The notes beneath the pieces were generated by a model that was not told the origin of the DNA, did no database searches, and was given only the letters and a program-made list of their open reading frames with translations. Both the position numbers and the translations under genes were made by a program. Positions 8,040 through 18,800 of a stretch of 64,000 nucleotides of DNA are shown here, piece by piece; the stretch's first letter is position 1; the number at the start of each line of letters is the position of its first letter. Source of the stretch: an uncultured virus (IMG/VR IMGVR_UViG_3300033175_000345) (taxonomy: Duplodnaviria; Heunggongvirae; Uroviricota; Caudoviricetes); the IMG/VR virus record IMGVR_UViG_3300033175_000345; one strand, 5' to 3'.

Positions 8040-10328
8040 CTATTCCTGTTCCGTCCATCCCCTAAGCTGCCCCCCTGCGGTTTTGACCGAGCCAGCGATG
8101 AGCCCTCTCAACTCAAACAGGAATTTGTTCGCGTCGGGCTCTGGCATCTCATTGGGTATAGGTGCCGCTTCCTCATAGATCGTCGCGACTTCTCTCGCCC
8201 GGAGTCGTGTCGACCCTATTCCGCGATGTTCATACGCCGACACCCATTCGCGTACGCGTTCCTCCAAAACCCTGCGCCTTGATAGTTCGTGGAGTCTGGT
8301 AAAAACCTCCTTTTTGACAGCATCAATGGCATCAATACGATCCTGGCTTTCATCGGGAGGTGGAGAGGGCAACCAACTAAGCGGATTCGAAAGAAACTGG
8401 CTTACATGAACCTGCAAGAGCTTTATCATGTCGGCAACCGGTCGCAGTGTGTCATATTCATCCATTTTGAAAATCCCCAGTCGTCGGGAAAGCGCTTTCA
8501 CCCTCGTCCAGTGTTCCGGTCTGGCTCCTGACACCGAACCCATACCGAGAACGCCCCGCCATTTATCATGGAACTCTTGAGCCGCTTTTTGAATGGCCAG
8601 AACTAGGTTGGCCACGTCATATACGGGTGTATATTCCACCGGACCGGCAGGAACAATCGACGACCCTATCGCAGACAAAAAACGCCGCATTTCAGACAGT
8701 GTGAATTTTGCGGATTCAGGCAGTCTTCTCTGAATATTGGCCAAAAAGAAAAGGCGGTCGGGAATAAGGTTGTGAAGGGCGGATTCGGCTTCTCTGCCGA
8801 AACTTTTACCGATCGCATGAACAGCGTTATCGAACGAGCCGATGACATGGTCTTTTTTTGCAGCATTTCCGTGGAGATTATCCCCTTTGACTTCATCGAA
8901 ATGAGTGAAGGCTAAGAGTAATTTTGATTCATGCCCGCTTATGACCAGTGACTGGAGCACGGCACCCGGTCCTGCCTGCATTGGCTGTGCAGCATTGTCA
9001 GCCAATATAATCGCATCTGCCATACGGAACTTACTGGTTATTGATGTGGAAAGGCTTGAAGTGCTATCGGCCGTATGGCCGATCCCCTCACCATCCATTA
9101 TTACCATTTTTGGCACGGTATCGTTATGCCAATCAGGCATAAAAGGACCGGCCACCCGGATTCCCTCAACCAGCGGGGTCAAGAGTCGACCGAAATTGGG
9201 AGCGTAATTACTCGAAAACCTGTTCACAAGCTTGATAAAAGCGGACCGATCAGAATCCTGGTGGGTCCATTTTATTGGCCACCCATCTTTACCTTTGGAA
9301 ATTCCACCATCCGACAGAAAATTGAAGCGGCTCTCAACATCATCCAGAATGGCATCCACGAGCTGGTGGAACTCATCCATGTTGGCCAGATGGTCTTCAA
9401 CCAACTCCTGAAGGACCTCACGGTCTTCTTTCGTTGTTTGTCCGATCCTGATACCAAGCTCACTGGCCATTTTACCCATAACATCTTTGGCCTTCTCTTC
9501 AAGCTGGTCGATTGAACGGAAGTACGCTCTGAGAGTATTCAACAATTCTTCGCGCTCGTTTTCTCCGAGTTCCTGGTGGTTGGAGGAGTCAGGAATTGAG
9601 TATTCGTCTTCATCCTCGATCTCGTCAGTCATGGACCTCTCAAGAAAGGTGGGATTCCCCAATATGTAGCTCAGCCGAAACCTTAGTTCGCTATGTTCGA
9701 GGAATCTCCGGGTGACGTCCCGCTCAGTCCCGCCCTCCAGTTTGGTTACTACAGCAGCAAGAACGCACTCGGAAATGTATTGTCGTACGCGATCTCGGGG
9801 AATGAAGGTAACCACGGCCCTCAGCGGTCCCTCATCGAGAACGATCTCAATGTCGCATATGGTTGTTTTCGCTGCGGATATGGACGGAAAACGTTCACGC
9901 TCCGGATCGGTGCCGAGAAGCTGTCTGACGATGGTGGTCTTGCCGGCACCGGTGGTTCCCACGAAAAGGACACGTGCATAACCGTCTGAAGGATCTTTTC
10001 CACCCGGCAGCGGAATAAACTCTTCCCGAATACTCCATGGGTCGAATGCAGCCGGAAGCATAGGATCATAAAACGCAGCTACGATTTTCTCATCATAGTT
10101 CTTGGAAATTGCTTCCCGGCTTGACAAGTTCCACAAGGCCGGATCAGAAAGAATTTCATTGAGTTGATTGACAAGAACTTGCGCCTGCTCCTTTTCAGGT
10201 GTGCCCAGGCCGCGCCTAACTCTTAGCTTCTGTTTGCCATCTGGCCCCAGGCATACTGGATGACGAAAAATTACACACCAGCTTTGCCTGCCCCGGCTCA
10301 ATGTGGCCTTCGCCTTACTGTCACTCAT
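8040..10328 (-). CDS. P-loop GTPase (dynamin-like) with a basic N-terminal beta-domain; moron
   Basis: G1 GTTGAGKT, G2 KTT, G3 DGEG, G4-like THFD; helical C-terminus; opposite strand to the phage genes. Confidence 0.7.
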   Translation of the reverse strand: MSDSKAKATLSRGRQSWCVIFRHPVCLGPDGKQKLRVRRGLGTPEKEQAQVLVNQLNEILSDPALWNLSSREAISKNYDEKIVAAFYDPMLPAAFDPWSIREEFIPLPGGKDPSDGYARVLFVGTTGAGKTTIVRQLLGTDPERERFPSISAAKTTICDIEIVLDEGPLRAVVTFIPRDRVRQYISECVLAAVVTKLEGGTERDVTRRFLEHSELRFRLSYILGNPTFLERSMTDEIEDEDEYSIPDSSNHQELGENEREELLNTLRAYFRSIDQLEEKAKDVMGKMASELGIRIGQTTKEDREVLQELVEDHLANMDEFHQLVDAILDDVESRFNFLSDGGISKGKDGWPIKWTHQDSDRSAFIKLVNRFSSNYAPNFGRLLTPLVEGIRVAGPFMPDWHNDTVPKMVIMDGEGIGHTADSTSSLSTSITSKFRMADAIILADNAAQPMQAGPGAVLQSLVISGHESKLLLAFTHFDEVKGDNLHGNAAKKDHVIGSFDNAVHAIGKSFGREAESALHNLIPDRLFFLANIQRRLPESAKFTLSEMRRFLSAIGSSIVPAGPVEYTPVYDVANLVLAIQKAAQEFHDKWRGVLGMGSVSGARPEHWTRVKALSRRLGIFKMDEYDTLRPVADMIKLLQVHVSQFLSNPLSWLPSPPPDESQDRIDAIDAVKKEVFTRLHELSRRRVLEERVREWVSAYEHRGIGSTRLRAREVATIYEEAAPIPNEMPEPDANKFLFELRGLIAGSVKTAGGQLRGWTEQE

Positions 10329-10346
10329 CCCATTTACCTCCTATAT

Positions 10347-10428
10347 GTTGTTCTATGTTGTTCCATGAAAGGAAGATACACCTCTGATGTGCCTTTGTCA
10401 ATCAAAAAATGGAACAACTTGTAACAAC
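10347..10428 (-). promoter_or_regulatory. Sigma70 promoter of the GTPase gene, flanked by four GTTGTT boxes
   Basis: Minus strand TTGACA (10396-10401)-17 bp-TATCTT (10373-10378); GTTGTT at 10347 and 10357, AACAAC at 10413 and 10423. Confidence 0.7.
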
Positions 10429-10485
10429 GCCATTAATCAATAAAACATCAATATTCACAAGGTATTAAGAATTGATTTTTGCCGC

Positions 10486-10515
10486 CCGACGGTTCGGGTC
10501 CGTTTGCGGTAGGTA
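10486..10515 (+). promoter_or_regulatory. Candidate phage sigma promoter 1 (CCGAC-N16-CGGTAGGTA)
   Basis: Motif shared with 21196 and 22109; 37 bp before the ORF at 10553. Confidence 0.65.
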
Positions 10516-10552
10516 TTGACCGGATCCCACTGAACGTAATGGAGGCATAACC

Positions 10553-10867
10553 ATGAACCGAGAACTTTACCGATACAACTTCGATCCCAAAGTCCCCATC
10601 AGGGACGTCGAAGAGTCCCTGCTCCTTGCGGTGATCGCCGCCGAGAGCCTTCACGGCCGATCGCTGGTTCGGTTGGATGCGTCTTTTCGGTTTGATACCC
10701 AGAAACGTTCTTGCGTCGTGGACGCGGCGACCGATGTCGGCCGCGCCATCGCCCGCATCTTCACCGGTTTCCTCACCCGGGAATTCGGCGAAGAGGCCTT
10801 CAAAGTGGAGCGCGTTGGCGGCGTTCCATCCGTGGGCCCTGAACTCAACACTTCGGGGGCTGCGTGA
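10553..10867 (+). CDS. Hypothetical phage protein
   Basis: GGAGG RBS; first gene of the replication operon. Confidence 0.75.
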   Translation: MNRELYRYNFDPKVPIRDVEESLLLAVIAAESLHGRSLVRLDASFRFDTQKRSCVVDAATDVGRAIARIFTGFLTREFGEEAFKVERVGGVPSVGPELNTSGAA

Positions 10868-11883
10868 TGGAAGCGAAGACAACAACCACCTATTCGATGT
10901 GGAGCCTGTTCCGTAACTGCCGCAAGGCGTGCGAGTGGCGCTACATCCATGAGCTTGTTCCTTTGGAACGGGACCGCAATCTGGCCTTCGGCACGGTGAT
11001 CCACAAGTGCCTGGAGATCTGGCACGGCGGTAGGGAACTGGCGCCTGTCCTCGACTTCATCGACCGTACATACGTCGAACGCGCACAGAACGAAGATGCG
11101 AAACGCAACTGGCACATGGCCACCGCGATGATGATGGGCTACGCCGCATGTTATCCTGTCGAAGAATTCGAAATCGTCGTCCTCGAGAAGACCTTTGAGG
11201 GAGGCATCGTCAACCCCGCCACCGGCGCGCCGTCCAGAAGTTTTGTGTTGGCCGGCCGCGTCGATGGTGTCGTCCGGATCGGCGACCAGCATTTTCTGCT
11301 TGAACACAAGACCGCCTCGCAGGTGGACGCCGACTACCTGGAACGACTCTGGACCGATTTCCAGATCGTCCTCTACTCCGCCTATGTGGAGCAGGCGCTC
11401 GGCATCCGCATCGCGGGTATCCTCTACAACATCCTGGTCAAAGCCCGCCTTCAGCAGGGACGCGGCGAGACCGAGGCGGAATTCGAGACGAGACGGGATG
11501 GTTTGATCGCCAAGTCCAAGACCGGCAAAAGCGGCGCCAAGCGACGACTCCCGGAAAGTGATGACGAGTTTCAAGGTCGGCTGTTGGACAAGTACACCGA
11601 GCCCGGCATGTTCCACCGGGAGATGCTCTACCTTTCCCGCGATCGGTTCGAGACCCTGGAGTCCGAACTCTGGGAACTGACCCAGGCTTTCCTCGACGCT
11701 CGCCGTCGCGGCGTTTTCTATCAGAACACCGCCTTCTGTTTCCACTACCGCAGGCCCTGCGCCTATTTCCCACTCTGCCGCGCCGACGGCAGCACCAATG
11801 TCATCGATAATTTGTACCAAAAAGTCTCCCCGCACGAAGAGTTGCGGGACGAGACCTCGTTCGAAGAGGTTTCGGCTTTTTGA
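10864..11883 (+). CDS. PD-(D/E)XK exonuclease (RecB/Cas4-like, probable Fe-S cysteines)
   Basis: GRVDG...LEHKT motif, Q-x-x-x-Y motif, N-terminal Cys plus C-terminal C-x6-C-x5-C. Confidence 0.85.
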   Translation: MMEAKTTTTYSMWSLFRNCRKACEWRYIHELVPLERDRNLAFGTVIHKCLEIWHGGRELAPVLDFIDRTYVERAQNEDAKRNWHMATAMMMGYAACYPVEEFEIVVLEKTFEGGIVNPATGAPSRSFVLAGRVDGVVRIGDQHFLLEHKTASQVDADYLERLWTDFQIVLYSAYVEQALGIRIAGILYNILVKARLQQGRGETEAEFETRRDGLIAKSKTGKSGAKRRLPESDDEFQGRLLDKYTEPGMFHREMLYLSRDRFETLESELWELTQAFLDARRRGVFYQNTAFCFHYRRPCAYFPLCRADGSTNVIDNLYQKVSPHEELRDETSFEEVSAF

Positions 11884-11909
11884 GGACCCCATAAAAAAGG
11901 AGAACCGTC

Positions 11910-12689
11910 ATGTTGCCTACGAAGAAAAGTCCCCCGAAACAAGATCTCGCCGATCTCACGGTGCTGGTGTACGGCCCGAGCAAAATCGGCAAGTCGACCT
12001 GGTGCTCGCGGTCGGAAAAAGCTCTGTTTCTCGCCACCGAACCCGGGCTCAACTCGCTGGAAGTCTTCCACGTCCCCATCCGGACATGGGAGGAGCTTCT
12101 TGCCGCCTGCGGTGAAATCGCCGAAGGCAAGCACCCGTTCAAGACCGTCATTCTCGACACGGTCGACAACGCCTACCGCATGTGCAGCGATTACATCTGC
12201 GCGAAGTTCAAGATCGAGCACGAATCCGATCTCGGTTACGGGAAGGGCTGGGCGCTGATCAACAACGAGTTCCAGCGCGTCCTGACCAAGTTGGCGTTCC
12301 TGCCTTACGGTCTTTTTCTGGTCTCACACTCCCAGGAGAAAGAAATCGAGACCAGGACCGGCAAGTACATCCGCATCGTCCCTACGCTCCCCGACAAAGC
12401 CCGAAAGATCGTACTGGGCATGGTCGACCTGATCCTCTTCTGTGACTTGGAGGTGACGAGCGACGAGAGCGGCAAGCCGGTCTACCGCCGGGTCATGCGC
12501 ACGAAGCCCAATCCCCATTACGAGGCGGGCGACCGGACGGGCAGACTGCCTGAAACCATCGATCTCAATTTCCAGGCTTTCATGGAAGCTTTCAATAAGC
12601 CGGCGGCCGCGCCGAGGGCGAGTGCCCCGCGGTCGGTTCCGGCGCCGGGGGACGGTCAGGACGAGAAACCTGCGTCAACCGGTAAATAA
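11910..12689 (+). CDS. AAA ATPase, Sak4-like recombination protein
   Basis: YGPSKIGKST Walker A, VILDTVD Walker B, GYGKGW. Confidence 0.85.
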   Translation: MLPTKKSPPKQDLADLTVLVYGPSKIGKSTWCSRSEKALFLATEPGLNSLEVFHVPIRTWEELLAACGEIAEGKHPFKTVILDTVDNAYRMCSDYICAKFKIEHESDLGYGKGWALINNEFQRVLTKLAFLPYGLFLVSHSQEKEIETRTGKYIRIVPTLPDKARKIVLGMVDLILFCDLEVTSDESGKPVYRRVMRTKPNPHYEAGDRTGRLPETIDLNFQAFMEAFNKPAAAPRASAPRSVPAPGDGQDEKPASTGK

Positions 12690-12713
12690 AACCCATAAAC
12701 GGAGGAAGAAACA

Positions 12714-13208
12714 ATGCAGAACGAAGACTATGGACAATTCGATCAGCACCGCGGCACCGAGGACATCGACCTCGCTCAATTCGATGACGATTTCGCTCAT
12801 GCTGAAGTTGAAGAGCGCGAGTTCGAGACGATCCCCGACGGCAAGTACCAGGTGAACGTCGAGCGGGTGGAACTGACCCGGGCTCAGACATCGGGAAACC
12901 CCATGCTCAAGTGGACGCTGCGCATCCTCGCCCCGAAGTTCCGGGGCAGGCTCCTGTGGCGCAACAACGTCATGGCCACCAGGGAGAACATCAAATGGCT
13001 CAAGATGGACCTGCACACCTGCGGGCTGGACTTGGACAAGCTTTCCGCGCTTCCGGCAAATCTGGAAAAACTCATCAATATCAAACTCGAGATCACCAAG
13101 CGCACGCGAGGCGAAAACGAGAACGTCTATATCAACCGACGCATCGTTCTCGAAGACGATGTGGACGATTACGACGCGGCGGCGCGTAGCGCCTTGGCTC
13201 CATTCTAA
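12714..13208 (+). CDS. DUF669-like phage single-stranded DNA-binding protein
   Basis: FETIPDGKY...SGNPMLKW motif and acidic C-terminus ending in PF; follows the Sak4-like gene. Confidence 0.75.
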   Translation: MQNEDYGQFDQHRGTEDIDLAQFDDDFAHAEVEEREFETIPDGKYQVNVERVELTRAQTSGNPMLKWTLRILAPKFRGRLLWRNNVMATRENIKWLKMDLHTCGLDLDKLSALPANLEKLINIKLEITKRTRGENENVYINRRIVLEDDVDDYDAAARSALAPF

Positions 13209-13209
13209 C

Positions 13210-13689
13210 ATGGACCGGATCACCGTCGTTGTCGACACGCGGGAGCAGGAGCCCTACGTTTTCGATTCAGACTGCACGGAAATCGTGCGCCGGGCTCTTA
13301 AGGCCGGAGATTATTCCCTCCAAGAATACGAGAATTCCGTGGCGGTGGAGAGAAAGACTCTCGAGGATTTTGTCTCCACCGTCATCCGTTCCCGCAAACG
13401 GTTCACCAAGGAACTGCGTCGTCTTTCCCAGTACGACGCCGCGTGCGTCGTGGTGGAAGCGGATCTCCGGGACATTTTCGGCGGCCGTTACCGCTCCGGA
13501 GCGCATCCCAACGCCGTTCTGGGCGCACTGCTTTCCATCGTCGTCGACTTCGGTGTCCCCGTCTACTTCTGCTCGGACCGGCAGGCCGCCTGCCGTTTTG
13601 TCGAGGAGTACCTGACACGTTTTCACCGGAGGATCGCGAGATGCCAAAAAGAAATGAGAGTAACCCGGCGCGACTCCGGGGAAGAATAG
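13210..13689 (+). CDS. ERCC4/XPF-domain nuclease
   Basis: VDTREQ, GDY and VERKT-x-x-D motifs. Confidence 0.9.
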   Translation: MDRITVVVDTREQEPYVFDSDCTEIVRRALKAGDYSLQEYENSVAVERKTLEDFVSTVIRSRKRFTKELRRLSQYDAACVVVEADLRDIFGGRYRSGAHPNAVLGALLSIVVDFGVPVYFCSDRQAACRFVEEYLTRFHRRIARCQKEMRVTRRDSGEE

Positions 13690-15869
13690 AGCGCGTTTAC
13701 TATGCCGGACCCAAGTTCTCCGCAGGCCGACTGCTCACCCCGACCGGTGAGGAAGTCCAGTTCGCGGGCAATTTGTTCGCCCGGGAAAATCAGCCTGTGG
13801 TCCTGCTCGGGTCGTGGGCCACCCATCCCAAATACGGCCGTCAGTTCAAGGTCGACGGGATGGAGCACGACCTCGAACTCGATCCGGAGGGGCTGATCCA
13901 CTATCTGGCCAACCATCCGGAGATCAAGGGCATTGGTCCGGCCAAGGCCAGATTGATCGTCGAGAGTTTCGGCGACGCTTTTGAAGAAACCCTTCTGAAT
14001 GACCCCGAGCGCATTGCGCTCAAAGCCCGGCTACCCATGGACGCGGCCCGGCGGCTGCGTGACGAATGGTTGAAGAACCGTAGCGTCAACACCGTCATGG
14101 CCTGGCTGTCGGCATTCGGCCTGACCCATCATCAGGTCACCACCCTGGTCGAAAGGCTTGGCGGCAACTGCCTCGATATCCTGAAGGAAGACCCGTACAT
14201 CCTCATTCGGGAGATCCGGGGATTCGGCTTCAAGAAGGTCGACAAGATTGCCCGCAAGCTGGGCACACCCAAGGACCACGTTCCCCGTATCCGGGCCGGG
14301 TTGAATTTCTGCGTCCGTGAAGCTCTGGACAATGGCCACTGCTGGATCGAATACGAGGATCTGGTCGACCAGGCCAATCTGCTGTTGGTCATGGATGCCC
14401 TGGACAGCCGGGTTCGTATCGAGAGCGCCCTCGACGCGCTCATCGAAGAACAGGCGCTTGCCTGCGATTCCCACGGCGGTCGTTTCGTGGTCGCTCTGCC
14501 GGAGATCGTCCGCATGGAGCGGGAGTTGGCCTCGCTGTTCGGCCAGGCCGAAACACCCAACCCGCATTTCCAGTCCGTCAAGAAACTCGATGCCCTGATT
14601 CGGCGCTGCGCGGCGACGCTGAACGAGAAGCAGCTTGAAGCGGTGCGCTCGGCCCTCCAATACAGCATCAGCCTGATTTCGGGTGGAGCCGGTTCGGGGA
14701 AGAGCTACACCATTTCAGTCATCAACACCATCTGCGAGGAGAGCGATCTGGAGGTCGTGCTCGCCGCGCCGACCGGCAAGGCCGCCAAACGCCTGGAGGA
14801 AGTCAGCGGCCGTAGCGGCACCACCATCCACCGCCTGCTCGGCTATGACGGCAAGGGTTTCTCGCGCAGCAAGGAGAACCCCATCGATGCCGACGTCCTG
14901 GTGGTCGACGAGTTTTCGATGGTCGACGTGCCGCTGGCCTGGCACCTGTTCGAGGCGGTCGATTTGTCGCGGACCACGGTGCTGCTGGTCGGGGACCACA
15001 ACCAGCTTCCGCCGGTGGGACCCGGAAACATACTGCGCGATCTGATCCAGACACGCGCCATCCCCACGGTCATCCTCGACAAGGTCGTGCGCCAGGCTGG
15101 CGTCCTCAAGGAGAACTGCACCGCCGTTCTCAAGGGCGAGGTGCGCAAGACCAGCGAGGCGTCGGTGGCCGGATGCCGGGATTGGTACCTGGTGGATCAG
15201 TTCACCGATCCGATGGCTGCACGCTCGTTCCTGCTGGAGCTGTTTCAGGAGCGGCTCGACGCCCTGGGTTTCGACATCATCAAGGACGTGCAGGTGCTGA
15301 CGCCGACCCACAAGGGGCCGCTCGGCACCAAGGAACTGAACGAGGAGCTGCAGCGGCTCATCCAGCGCAAGCTCTGGAACACCGAGGTGCCGCCGGTCGC
15401 CATGGGCCGCCGCGCCCCGTTTCTCAAGCACGACAAGGTCATCCAGACCCGGAACAACTACGACCTGAACGTGATGAACGGTGCCATCGGCTATGTGGTC
15501 GATGTCCTCGCGAACGGCACCCTGGTCATCGACTTCGACGGCATGCCCGTGGAGATGGAAAAGGGTTCGCCCGACCTTCAGGACCTGCAGCTCGCCTATG
15601 CGCTCACCATCCACAAAACCCAGGGGTCCGAATTCCCCTGCGCCGTGGTGGTGGTCCACAAGGCGCATTCCTTCATGCATCACCGCAATCTGCTCTACAC
15701 CGGGGTGACCCGCGCCCGGCGCACCGCCATTGTCCTGGGCGACCATTGGGGCATCCAGAATTGCGCCAAGCGTTGCCAGGTGGATGACCGTCGGACCTTT
15801 CTGCCCCTGTTTCTGGACGCCGCCCAGCACGCGGAGGCCGATTTCGCCCGTGTCGCGGAGGCCGAATGA
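13641..15869 (+). CDS. recD2: RecD2-like SF1B helicase
   Basis: N-terminal OB (HPKYGRQF), HhH (IKGIGPAKA), GGAGSGKS, APTGKAA, VDEFSM, GDHNQLPPVGPG, YALTIHKTQGSEF; RBS before ATG 13641. Confidence 0.92.
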   Translation: MPKRNESNPARLRGRIERVYYAGPKFSAGRLLTPTGEEVQFAGNLFARENQPVVLLGSWATHPKYGRQFKVDGMEHDLELDPEGLIHYLANHPEIKGIGPAKARLIVESFGDAFEETLLNDPERIALKARLPMDAARRLRDEWLKNRSVNTVMAWLSAFGLTHHQVTTLVERLGGNCLDILKEDPYILIREIRGFGFKKVDKIARKLGTPKDHVPRIRAGLNFCVREALDNGHCWIEYEDLVDQANLLLVMDALDSRVRIESALDALIEEQALACDSHGGRFVVALPEIVRMERELASLFGQAETPNPHFQSVKKLDALIRRCAATLNEKQLEAVRSALQYSISLISGGAGSGKSYTISVINTICEESDLEVVLAAPTGKAAKRLEEVSGRSGTTIHRLLGYDGKGFSRSKENPIDADVLVVDEFSMVDVPLAWHLFEAVDLSRTTVLLVGDHNQLPPVGPGNILRDLIQTRAIPTVILDKVVRQAGVLKENCTAVLKGEVRKTSEASVAGCRDWYLVDQFTDPMAARSFLLELFQERLDALGFDIIKDVQVLTPTHKGPLGTKELNEELQRLIQRKLWNTEVPPVAMGRRAPFLKHDKVIQTRNNYDLNVMNGAIGYVVDVLANGTLVIDFDGMPVEMEKGSPDLQDLQLAYALTIHKTQGSEFPCAVVVVHKAHSFMHHRNLLYTGVTRARRTAIVLGDHWGIQNCAKRCQVDDRRTFLPLFLDAAQHAEADFARVAEAE

Positions 15870-18800
15870 GTATGGGCGGAACGGATAACGTCAGGGAGTA
15901 TTACCGGCACGTCACCGAGATGGACATCGGTGACGTGGCCCGGGAACTCCTGCCGGGACGGATCACCCAGGAGACCGGCCAGCGCTTGATGTGCGACTGC
16001 CCCAACCATCAGAGCCAGTCGCGTCTGTCGCTGCACGTGATGCTCGACAAGCAGGGCTGGTACTGCTTCGGCTGCGGAGTCGGCGGTGATGTGCTGCAGC
16101 TCGTTGAGTTCATTCAGACGGGCTCGGTCACCGCCGGGCAATCCGGTCCGATGCCGGACAGCCACCGTCAGGCCCGGGACTATCTCGCCAAGAAGGCGGG
16201 CTTGCCGCCGCTGTCGCGCTATGGCCTCAGCCAGGAGCGTCTCGCCCAGACGGAGGCCGACCGCGCCTTCGAACTGCGGGTCAAGGACGCGCTGACCTCG
16301 CTGGCCAGGCTTTACCACGCCAGACTCAAAGAGTCGCCGGAGGTCCTCGACTGGCTGAAATCCAAATACGCCCTGAGCGAGGAGACCATCGACGATCTCC
16401 TGATCGGCTACGCGGACAACGCGTCCGGCGCGGTCGCCCAACTGACCGGGGGTGAGGACGGTTTCTCCAAGCGGGAGCTCGCCGCCACCGGCGCTTTCCG
16501 TCCCACCAGCCAGGACGGCCTGACGCCATTTCTCGAGCGCCGCATCGTCTTTCCCTACTGGAGCCGTGGCCGGGTGGTGTTCATGATCGGCCGCAAGACG
16601 CCGTGGACCCCGGACGTTGGCTGGGAGCAAGGGAAATACAAGAAACTGCCGGTTCACGACGAACACCAACGGCCTTACGTCGCCGACTTCATCAACAACG
16701 CGCTGCTGTTCAACGAGGACTGCCTGCTGGCGAGGCCCGGCAAGGTGATCATCACCGAGGGGGTGACCGATTGCTTGGCGCTGATGCAACTGGGCCTGCC
16801 CACCGTATCTCCGGTCACCGTCCGCATCCGGGCCGCCGATTGGGAGCGCCTGATCCCCAAGCTGCGCGGCGTCGAAACTGTCTACATCTGCCAGGACAAC
16901 GAACTCTCCCAGGCCGGTCTCAAAGGGGCGCTGCAAACCGCTCGCACCCTGGCCGAACACAAGATCGACACCCGCCTGGTGACGCTGCCCTTGTCGGAGA
17001 CACAGCTCTCGGCCCGGCAGGAGCTGACCGAACGCTTCGGCCTGACGGCGAGCGTGGGGCCGAAGGAGCTGGCCAAGCTACTGGCGGGACGTCCCGCCGA
17101 GGAAATCCAGGCGGCCGAGGCGCTTCTCGCCATCGCCAAGATCGACGTCAACGATTACATTGCCGCCGGGCATACCCTGGAGGATTTCGAACGCCTGCTC
17201 GCCGAGGCCAGCACGCCCATCGAGTTCGGCGTGCGCTCGCTGCCCGAGGGCGCTGAAGAGGAAGAACGCAACCGCCTGCTCGAACCGATTCTGGGGGAGA
17301 TTTCCGAACAGTCGCCGCTGGAACAGGCACGCCTGCTGAAGCTGGTGCAGGAGCGCATCGGCGGTGGTGTTTCCATGGCCACCCTGAAGGAACAGATCCG
17401 CGCCATCCAGAAGGACCGCAAGGTCGAGTTCCGCAACGAAAAGAAAAAGGCCAAGCGGATGTCCGGCGCAATGCCCGGATCATGCCGCGCCCGGGTCGAC
17501 GAGGTGCTGATCGACACGGAGCTGGAGAACGGCGCTCCCGACTACACACTGGCAGCCGAGGCGGCCTACGACTGGTTTACCGCCAACGGTGCCCAGTTCT
17601 TTCATACCCTGCAGGGTGAGCCGTTCATGTATTTCGACAACGCCATCTACTGGATGGATTCGCCAGACCGGGGCCGAAAGCGCCACTACGCGGCCATGCT
17701 CTACAAGCACACGGGCATGGTGCCGACATCCAACGGCGGACGAACATTTTTCGAGGTGTTACCCAGCCTGGCCATGATCCGTGGCCAGGTGCGCGACCAT
17801 TTCTCCTGGCTGCATACCGATGTGGCTTCCTACACCGTCTATTTCAACCTGAACAATCCGGAGCACGAGATCGCCAAGATCACCCCGGACGAAATTCAGA
17901 TCATGAAGAATGGCGGCAACGAGGACGGCATCATCCTGGACGGCTCGCGCAAGATGAAGCCGCTGAAATTCCTGCCCGACGCCGACCTCGAAGAGGCGGA
18001 CCGGCTCCTGGTCGATCTGCTGGTGGGCAACATGACCTGTCCACAAGGAGATCGCTTTCTCATCCTTTCCTGGCTCTCCTGTTTCTTGCTGATCGATTTT
18101 GCCGGGACGCGGCCCATGACCCGCTTCGAGGGCTCGGCCGGATCGGGCAAGACCACTGCCAGCAAGATCACGTCGACGCTGCTTTACGGCGAGCCCCAGC
18201 ACAAGAAGGCCACCGACGCGGCGAACTACACCGATGGCTCGCAGAACCCGCTCATCGTCCTCGACAACATCGAGGTCAAGCAGATGACCGAGGATCTGAC
18301 CACCTTCATGCTGACCAGCATCACCGGCATCGCCAAGGAGAAGCGCAAGAGCGGCACCGACAGCGAGACCATCACCGAGCGGACCAAATGCCTGCTGAAC
18401 ACCACCGGCATCGAGCCGCTGTGCGGGGAGCTTTCGGAGATACTGTCAAGGTCCTTCGTCATCAACTTCGACCTCGCCAACCAGGCCAGCGACTGCTTTC
18501 TGGAGTCGGAGGTCATCTCCGCCATCCAGCAGAACCGGGATCTGATCATTTCGGCCATCATGAAGCGAACCAGCCATGTGCTGGCAATGATCCGGGACGG
18601 AGCCCAGAAACAGGTCATGCGCCTGCTGCACCGAACCATGCCGACCCATGGCAAACGCCGGTGCAACGATTATCTGAGCCTGATGTACCTGATGATGCTG
18701 GCCGGGTCCGAGGAACACGAGGTGACCACCGGACTCGAGGATCTGAGCCCGCTGTTCATCGAGCAGATCCATTCCATCAACGACACCAGCCAGGAGATGG

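Noticed and set aside
10864..11883. Cas4-like protein as a sign of CRISPR-Cas
   Set aside because: No cas1/cas2 or repeat-spacer array seen; the Sak4/SSB context indicates a phage recombination exonuclease
12658..12688. Fourth sigma promoter (AGGAC-N17-CGGTAAATA) before the SSB gene
   Set aside because: The -10 matches but the -35 and spacing deviate, and it lies in coding sequence; possible but unsupported
14715..16960. Long minus-strand ORFs (371 and 421 aa; similarly 10651-11892, 22888-23943, 50503-51678)
   Set aside because: Antisense shadows of GC-rich genes with clear plus-strand motifs; no recognisable domains
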